Of a stretch of DNA of 64,000 bases, positions 55,169 through 64,000 are shown in pieces. A program made the translations under genes and the position numbers. Below the pieces are notes generated by a model, which ran no database searches, was not told where the DNA came from, and was given only the letters and a program-made list of their open reading frames with translations. The DNA lies in contig OX597835.1 of NCBI GenBank assembly GCA_951406725.2, positions 25,730,001 to 25,794,000 of the forward strand. Direction: 5' to 3'. The stretch comes from Octopus vulgaris (Eukaryota). The number at the start of each line of letters is the position of its first letter. The first letter of the stretch is position 1.

Positions 55169-55281
55169 GTGACAGAGGATGGACGTATTTTTAAGAAGAA
55201 GGCGGCTGGACGTGACAGAGGATGGACGTATTTTTACAGAAGAAGGCGGCTGGACGTGACAGAGGATGGACGTATTTTTAC
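55169..55281 (+). repeat. 2.6 copies of a 43-44-bp unit at the LINE 5' end
   Basis: gtgacagaggatggacgtattttta(c)agaagaaggcggctggac at 55169, 55212 and 55256 (partial). Confidence 0.95.
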
Positions 55282-56150
55282 GATGCTCTGAACTGGCAAC
55301 AGCGAACCCAGCAGGTCAACTGTAGAAAACTGGAAGATCTACTGTTTACTGTAAGTAATTTGAATTACCCTCAAAATAAGTGAAAAAAAAAACTTACATA
55401 TCTACAGCTCATACAAACGTACACCTAACAAGAAAAATTAGAAACATAAATATCTCCAATCCTGTGTGTGAACATTTACATTTAGTCGTCTCTCATGACT
55501 ATAAGAATGTGTAAAATTGCCTTTTAAATTACCTTTTATTGTAACAACACAATTAAATGCACGATAAAAAGTTATGGAATTAAGCACCTACTACTATATA
55601 CATACAACTGAATTCAGAAATTTAAAAATATATACATAACATTGAACTCAGAAAGTTATTTAAAAAAAGAAAAAAAAATCTTCGACGAAAACATCAGATA
55701 ATATGTGTGAGTGAATATACATATATATACATATACATATGCATGTGGTGAAGAAGAAAAGAGAAAAGAAAAAAAAAAATAAATAAACGTAAACAGGTTT
55801 GACCTTTTACTGACCATTAACGTCCTTTGTCTCCACCATCTACCGTAGCTATTTATAGACCCAAAGAACATGAATTCTTTAACCACCCATTCTCCAACAC
55901 AATGGAGTGTTGATGGTGGCTGTGGCTACACATAAAACAATGTCATTGAAGATGATGATGGTGATGGTGATGTTGCTGATGATGGTGATGGTGGTGAAGA
56001 TGATAGTAATAACAATAATAACTGACAGATCCCGTCTTTTTCCCTTTCGTTTTCGTTTCCGTATTTTATTCTCATTATTTCGAACTAATACAGACACAGT
56101 AAGCCTTGAAGAAAGGAAGAGGAGGAAAGGAAAAAAAAAAAAAAAAAAAA

Positions 56151-59100
56151 ATGTCCGGAGATAAAACTATCAACAAAAAAAATACAGACGAATATAGATC
56201 TGCTAGTCTTAAGAAGCGGCGCTATGAGCAATGCTTACATGTAGTGAACCCTAAACTGACAGATCCATCTCCTAATATAAGAATGGATGCTCGTCATGCT
56301 TCAAGGTCAACAAATCAAACAATAAACCGCATTGGTCATTGCGCGGATTACAAAAGACCACGTACCCGAAAATTGAACCAAATCCTGATTGAAAAATCAG
56401 TTACTGGATCAAATCTTCCCAACACACAGGAGCTGGACGAACCCCACAACCGGAATATTCCAACAGATGGCCATCCATGCTCATCACCAAATAATCAAAA
56501 GAAAAAGAAGGAAAAATGGTCTAGGGAAGATAATAAAGAAGTTCTTGAGGCCTTCTACCATGCCATATATTTCCCCACAGATAAGTCTAGCACTGTACAA
56601 GCATACTTAAACTGGAGACAGAAACACCCTGAAGTAAGACCCTACATAGACAGTAACAAGCTTGCCAATGTTAGAAGAAACATTATAAAAAAGAAATTAC
56701 TGACTGAAGTAGAGATTGATCAGGTTAGACAAGCAATATCGGATAAAATGAACGAAGCTGCAGCTAGAGAAGATAATACAGAGGAAATGATTATAGACCA
56801 GCCCAGGGCGGATAAAAACGAAGAGAGGATTGAAAGAGTTAGTATAAGTGATAGGCAAAGTGAAATACGCCCTGAACCAATCATAAACACTAAGACAGAT
56901 GAGCATCAAATAGATAAAGAAAGTCACACAAATATTGACCCAACAGAACTACATGAGCTAAAAAATCAAATCATGATTGAATGGCTGAAAATTAAAGAAA
57001 CCAGCATGGATGAGCGTGATACACTTCCTAAAATCCGCAACTCTAACCAAAACATGAAAATAATTGGTAAAATCCGGCTTGCACTTAAGGATATAATTTC
57101 AGTTAATGATGTTGATATCACAAACCTCAACCACCTATACTATGCATCCGCGAAAATCTCAACGATCCTATGTGGTGTAAAGATTAGAAAACGGCAACAG
57201 TCCCACAAAAAGCCTTCTTGGCAAGAGCGTCTGCAACAACAAATTAAAATATTTAGATCTGACATTGAATATTTGAAAAACCTTAAGGCTCACAAGATTA
57301 CCAAACCTACAAAAACCCAAAAATTACTGAAAAAATACAATATGAAAACTATACTTGATATTGATGCCACCATAGAAACCATCAAACAAAAGGTATCTGC
57401 CAAAGCTGCCCGCATAGCGAGGTATGAAAAGCGTGTTAGATTTTTCAAGGACAACAACATGTTCAAAAATAACACCAAGAATTTTTACAGGAAGATAGGA
57501 AAAACAGCGTTTACTGCAGGGTCTGTACCATCAAAAGAAGAAGTGCAGAGATTTTGGAATAAAATCTGGGCAGAAGAAAAAACACACAACGAAAAGGCCC
57601 CTGGATTGACAGAATATCTACAGAACTGGACCCCTTAGAAGAGCAAAAGTGGGAGGGTGTCAAGGTAGAAGATATAAGATCTGCTCTCAGGAGGTCAAGC
57701 AAATGGAAGTCTCCAGGAAAGGATAAAATTCCTAACTTCTGGCTGAATGCCTTCCCAGAGAGCCATGAACTGCTAACAGAACTGTACAATGATGTTTTGC
57801 AACACCCTAGTAGGATGCCTCCTTGGCTAGTTAATGGGTTAACATTCCTGCTTCCAAAAAGTGAAGAAACAAATGAACCAAAAAACTATAGACCCATAAC
57901 CTGCTTAACAACTATGTACAAAACACTAACATCTGTCCTGACGGAATATACCTATAGTTTTTTAACAGACAGCAGCATATTCCCTAATGAACAGAAAGGA
58001 TGTAAACGTGGATCCTACGGCTGTAAAGACCAACTACTCATCAATAAGATGATCTTAGAAGATTGTCACAAACGACACAAAAACTTATCAATAGCCTGGA
58101 TAGACTATAAAAAGGCTTTTGATAGCCTACCACATAGCTGGATTAGGAAATGCCTTGAAATGTATAAGATAGCACCAACTCTGCGAAACTTCTTGACTGT
58201 AAGTATGAGATCATGGAGAACCACACTAACTCTGAACAGTGACAGTAAATCCCTAAATGCTGGTGATGTAAAAATTTCGTGTGGCATTTTCCAGGGTGAC
58301 TCACTGTCACCACTCCTCTTTTGTTTATCCTTAATACCTCTCTCAAAGCTGCTCAATGATGCGCAGTACGGGTATAAAATGTTTGATAAAAATATAAATC
58401 ATCTCGTTTACATGTATGATTTAAAGCTTTTTGCAAAAAATGATCAACAACTCAAGGGCTTACTAGCGATAGTCAAACAATTCAGTGACGACATCAGAAT
58501 GCAATTCGGCCTCGATAAATGTGCAAAGGCTACCTTTATCAAAGGAAAAATGACAGAAACATCTAACGTTAACCTTGACCAACAGAATGTCATAAAAGAA
58601 CTAGACCCAGCGGAGAGCTACAAGTACCTAGGGATAATTGAAGGGAACGGAATAAGGCATTCAGAGATGAAGGAAAGGATCAGGAGAGAATGCTATCGAA
58701 GAGTGAGAGCAATACTCAAGACAGAGCTGAATGCAAGAAACAGGATCGAAGCAATCAATGCATTAGCTATACCAGTCGTGACTTACAGTTTCAATATTGT
58801 TAACTGGTCAATTACTGAAATATGTCAGCTCGACAGAAAAATAAGGAAACTGTTGACAATGCATAGAATGCACCACCCTAAGGCAGATACAGAACGACTC
58901 TATCTGCCAAGAAAAGAGGGAGGCCGTGGTCTTTTGCAACTGGCAATAACAATGAAGATTGCTACAATTGGCCTAGACACCTACCTGAAAAACTCTGAGG
59001 ACTGGATGTTAAAACTTGTCTCAAAACATGAAAACAAGAAAGCATCATACTCAGTCACAAAACAGGCAAAGGAATATCTAAGTGAATTCCGAATACAACC

Positions 59101-59968
59101 AATTTCGGAATTAGAGATAGATATACAAGAAACAAGCACAGAAAAAGCTAGGCGCATGAAAACCCGTGCCAAAACTGCGGCCTTAGATATTCTGAATAAT
59201 AAATGGCAAGAAAAACCTCTCTATGGCAAATACCCAAAGAGAGCGAATAATGCAGATATCGACAAAGCCCTGACCCATCAATGGCTAATGGCCTCTGGCT
59301 TAAAATCTGAAACAGAGGGGTTTATCATAGCAGCTCAAGATCAATGCCTACCAACAAGAAACTACCAGGCCAACATATTAAAGATCAGAAGCAGTCCAAC
59401 GTGTCGTGTATGCAAGCAACAAAATGAAACCATTGACCATGTGGTCTCCAAGTGCAGTCTTCTAGCGCCTACAGAGTATCTCAACAGGCACGATAGAGCT
59501 GCACAATATATTCACTGGGTAATCTGTAAAAACCTGGATTTGCCCCATGAAAAAAACTGGTGAGAACACAAACCACCCCCAGTGCTTGAAAATGACCACA
59601 TCTCACTCCTCTGGAACTTCACCATTCAAACTGACAGGAAGATAGATGCAAATAGGCCAGACATCATATTGAAAAACTTCAAACAAAGAACATGCCTCCT
59701 CATTGATATGACTGTCCCAATCGATATAAACGTATCTGTCAAGACCTACCAAAAACTGAGCAAATATAAAGATCTTGAAATAGAAATCAGCAAAATGTGG
59801 AAGCTGAAGACTAAAACAATACCTGTTGTCATAGGTGCCCTGGGAATGATAGCAAAAGGGGCTGATAGCTACCTAACTCAGATACCAGGAAACCCAAAAA
59901 TGGCAGAAGTTCAAAAGATAGTGCTCATGGGAACTGCTCATATCCTACGCAAAATACTCTCTATGTAA
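56151..59968 (+). pseudogene. Disrupted R4/Dong polyprotein (N-terminal Myb-like region, reverse transcriptase, CCHC knuckle, restriction-like endonuclease)
   Basis: KWSREDNKEV...; NYRPITCL, IDYKKAFDSLPH, GIFQGDSLSPLLF, YMYD (normally YMDD), YKYLG; CRVC...ETIDHVVSKC, RHD, RPD...LIDMTVP...KLSKYKDL. Lesions: 1-bp deletion at about 57600, GAT>TAT at 58415, TGA at 59561. Confidence 0.95.
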
Positions 59969-60193
59969 TCTCAAGGTTTAAAACAAACATAAGTTTCGGT
60001 TTAAAAAAAAAAAAAAAAAAAAAAACTTTTTTTTATTTTTTTTAGACATTCATTAGTACAACATCCCCACCCCCCCAAATATATGGCACACTAGGCATAA
60101 CAACAACATGAACTTCCAACCCTGTTGTCTCTTGAGGTCTCTGGGTGAGACCTGGAGCCAACTTGTACAAATATAAAGCAAAAGTCAAACATA

Positions 60194-60225
<32 letters not shown>

Positions 60226-60779
60226 TTGATAATTGATTATTATTTATCTGGTCATAAGCATAGACGTGTTTATATGTTCCAATATATGTATATATATGTA
60301 TATGACGTATGGTATATCTACTTGGACCTATTGTTTAATTGTGTTTATTTATGTATTTTACACATGTAAAAGTATATACACTCTGCTTATGTATGTATAT
60401 GTGTATATATGTATATGTGTATATATGTATATGTATATATCTATATGGATTCTAATATCCGAAAGTTGATAAACAAACTAAATTTGTTTCTCCATTTTCT
60501 TATTTGTATTATATATATATATATATGTAACTCTAAAAACCAGAACAAAAACAACACTAATTTATACTTTGTAAAATTCCAGATCCTCGGAGAGAGTCAA
60601 TACACTGAAAAACAACTCCAGCAGCCGTAACGATTACAAAAAAGAAAACAAACAGGAAAAACAACAAAAGAAAGAAAACAAAGAGTAAAAAACAACAAAA
60701 TGAAAGAAAACAAACAGAAAAACAACAAAAAAGAAAGAATATAAACAAGAATAAAAAAAATTCTATTAATTAAGGCAAA

Positions 60780-60950
60780 ACGCTAGCGATTTTGGGGGAA
60801 ACGGAATAGCAAATATTGGACACTTGTATATAATTTATCGATCTCGAAAAGATGAAAGTCAAAGTCGACCTGGGCGGAATTTGAATTCAGAACGTAAAGA
60901 CAGGCGACATCCCGTTAAGCATTTCGCCTGGTATGCTAACGATTCGTCAC
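60780..60950 (-). mobile_element. SINE family A, degenerate
   Basis: Core aaagtcgacctgggcggaatttgaattcagaacg. Confidence 0.75.
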
Positions 60951-60955
60951 CTTAA

Positions 60956-60956
<1 letters not shown>

Positions 60957-61032
<76 letters not shown>

Positions 61033-61206
61033 GTAATAATAATAATAATAATAGTAATAATAATAATAATAGTAATAATAATAATAATAATAATAGTAAT
61101 AATGATAATAATAATGATAATAGTAGTAGTAATAATAATAATATTAATAATAATAATAATAATAATAATGATGATGATGATAATAATAATCATAATGATA
61201 ATAATG

Positions 61207-61264
<58 letters not shown>

Positions 61265-61283
61265 TGATGATGATAATAATAAT
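60957..61283. repeat. (CAA)n-(TAA)n compound microsatellite
   Basis: Direct inspection. Confidence 0.95.
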
Positions 61284-61579
61284 GTTGCATTGCCGCCATT
61301 ATTCTTTATCAAAATGTATGAAAACGTTCCTTGCTTCTATTTTAGCATTTCATATACAGAACCACAAAAACGATGGCTGATTCAAATGTGTTTATTTTCC
61401 CTGCAAACGGTAATAGTGCAATAATAATAGATGTATTCATAAAAGATCCCTTCAATATATTCGCCCTTTTCTCTATCCGCCCTATTGCTCACAATTCACC
61501 CATTTTATTTTGCCAAACAAAAGATTGTTATAACCACAAACCTTCCTAATCTTCAAGCCTGAAAATTGTTATAACCAAA

Positions 61580-62261
61580 AAATACGCTGAATTAGCAAAG
61601 TTAGACAAAAGAACTAGGAATGGCAGGAGTATCCAGATTATACTTACTTAGAAAGGAAGGCGGATGAGGGTTAATATCAGTGGAAGACTGAGCAGAGTTA
61701 GCTAGCTGTAGATATAAACTCCTACGTAGGTAATAGTGAAGAAAGTTTATTATAAGCTGCTAAAGTCACAGCAAGACATTGGGAAACTAAAACACCAAAC
61801 GAACATAAAAACCAGGAAAAAGAACAGAAATTATGTGACTGGCAGGAGAAGGCGTTGCATGGTGGATTCACAAAATAGTTTCAGCAGGTAATAGTAGTGA
61901 GATATGGTTATGGTTGCAGAAGGGGAAGCTGAAGAGGGAGACAGAAAGTGTGTTAGTAGCTACACAAGATCAAGCATTAAGGACTAATTGGATAAAAACC
62001 AAAATAGACAAAACCAAGTAGATTCACAATGTAGATTATGCAAATCGAAAAAGGAAAGCGTTACTCATATAGTAAGTGGCTGCAGCACGCTGGCAAAGAA
62101 ACAATACAAAAAAGATATGACAATCTAGGGAGGGCAATCCATTGTGAGATTTGTAGAAAGTTAGGATTTGAACACACTGATAAATGGAACCTAGTAAAGT
62201 ACTAGAAAGTAAGAAATAGAAGATGTTGTGGGACTTTAACATTCAGACTGACAGAGTAATT
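61580..62261 (+). pseudogene. Older Dong/R4 LINE fragment from a different subfamily
   Basis: Frameshifted RLYLLRKEGG*GLISVED, WQEKALHG, WLWLQKGKLKRETESVLVATQDQALRTN, CRLC...ESVTHIVSGC, LWDFNIQTDRVI; truncated by a SINE-A. Confidence 0.85.
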
Positions 62262-62570
62262 AGATCGACCCCAGTACGCAACTGGTACTTAATTTATCGA
62301 CCACGAAAGGATGAAAGGCAAAGTCAACCTCGGTGGAAGTTGAACTCAGAACGCAGCAGCGGACGAAATACGACTAAGCATTTCGTCCGGCGTCCTAACG
62401 ATTAATAATAATGGTTTAAAATTTCAATTGAATGCAAACCAATTTGAGGGGAGGTGGTAAGTCGATTAGATCGATCCCAGTGTGCTTTTCTGGTACTTAT
62501 TTTATCGATCTCGAAAGAGAATTCAACTTGGCCTTCACAGTATTTGAACCTGAATGTAAAGAGCTCGAAA
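62262..62570 (-). mobile_element. Two SINE family A fragments
   Basis: SINE-A core on the minus strand. Confidence 0.75.
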
Positions 62571-62696
62571 ACTGCCTCAATGTTGACTTGATCTACACAC
62601 ACACGCACCCGCCACACAGAGACATATATGCGTGTAAATATATATATGAATCTATTGGTACACGTATATATATATATAATAAACATACATATATCC

Positions 62697-62747
<51 letters not shown>

Positions 62748-62769
62748 ATATATACATATATATATATAC

Positions 62770-62806
<37 letters not shown>

Positions 62807-62875
62807 CATATATCTATACATATGTATATATACACACACCTATATCTATATATATATGTATATATGTGTAGGTAT

Positions 62876-62929
<54 letters not shown>

Positions 62930-63539
62930 ATGTATGTATGTATGTATGTATGTATGTATGTATGTATGTATATAAACAGTAGTAAATGACAAAACAAAAT
63001 AATTTGCAATAGAATAGCAACGTGCTGTAGGTTATATTATTCCAAGTTCGAAATAAACGGATCTAAAACCTGAAACAGCGCTCTGTGAGATCACCTTTGA
63101 TCACAAGTCCGCACAGTCAGACTCCAACTAACATAATAATGGATTTATAACATAATAATGGATTTTAGCACATTATCCTGGATTTAAAATAGCGACACTG
63201 CTAAAACAGCACCCTGCTGGATGCTGTATTTTGTCTTCCATTTTTTGTACTCCCCACCGTCTCTCTCTCTCTTTCCAGAATATTCAACTGCCTTATAGAG
63301 GAATATCACTATTGTTGTTTTTGAATTCATAATGATGATAAGAGTAGGTTGCGTTTTTTTGATGTTTAGGCACATGTATGGTAGGTATTATTCTAGTTTG
63401 GCACAAAGAGATTTATTCCCGGGTCTGCAGTGTCAAACGGTGATATCGGTTTGCATGCAGGCACATATAGAATAGAAGAGTGTATGTATGTATGTATTTA
63501 TGGATGTATGTATGCGTATGTGTGTATGTATATATATAC

Positions 63540-63657
<118 letters not shown>

Positions 63658-63841
63658 CACACACAAAGCTTTGCGCTCACTTGATGTTCGGGTTGATTGG
63701 TTCTGTAGTTCTGAGAATGTGTAGAAAAAATGTGTGTACGTGTGTATGTGTGTGTGCGTGCGTATGCGAGTGCGCATGCGTCTTTGTGTTCATATGACTT
63801 TGATCGACTGAATGCAGAAAGGTACGTAGGCACACATGATT

Positions 63842-63897
<56 letters not shown>

Positions 63898-63940
63898 TTA
63901 TTTATGTATGTATATGTATATGTATACGTATATGTATATG

Positions 63941-64000
<60 letters not shown>

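Larger units (their letters stand above)
55169..60193 (+). mobile_element. Near full-length Dong/R4-clade non-LTR retrotransposon in (TAA)n
   Basis: (TAA)n on both sides (55131-55168 and 60195-60223); single RT plus RLE ORF; Dong elements are known to target TAA repeats. Confidence 0.9.

Noticed and set aside
57590-57640. Programmed frameshift or two-ORF organisation of the Dong element
   Set aside because: R4/Dong elements have a single ORF, a 1-bp deletion restores a continuous frame, and other inactivating lesions are present.
59561-59563. Stop readthrough, selenocysteine or editing-based recoding of the in-frame TGA
   Set aside because: A-to-I editing could formally restore TGG, but the copy also has a frameshift and a dead RT motif, so simple decay is more parsimonious.

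Overview
This is AT-rich, extremely repeat-dense animal DNA. The SINE families, microsatellite load and LINE types look like an Octopus (coleoid cephalopod) genome, which I inferred from recognition and did not confirm by search. The window appears intronic or intergenic. There is no complete host gene; the only candidate is a possible first coding exon on the minus strand running off the left edge (ATG at 84). Nearly all ORF-track entries are microsatellite artefacts. The real content is: (1) a near full-length Dong/R4-clade RLE LINE (55169-60193) in a (TAA)n tract, inactivated by three lesions, whose 5' leader carries tandem monomers and a textbook spliceosomal-intron signature; (2) three stacked 3' ends of a Tx1/L1-like LINE, each embedded in (TATC)n; (3) many short Penelope-like pLTR fragments, mostly in (TA)n, carrying minimal hammerhead ribozyme motifs, three with a shared CUGUNGA core variant; (4) two abundant tRNA-derived SINE families, one repeatedly reusing the same target site; (5) Tc1/mariner remnants and MITEs, a Helitron, a Helentron-like fragment, and a Merlin-like MITE with internal telomeric repeats; (6) several long fold-back palindromes.
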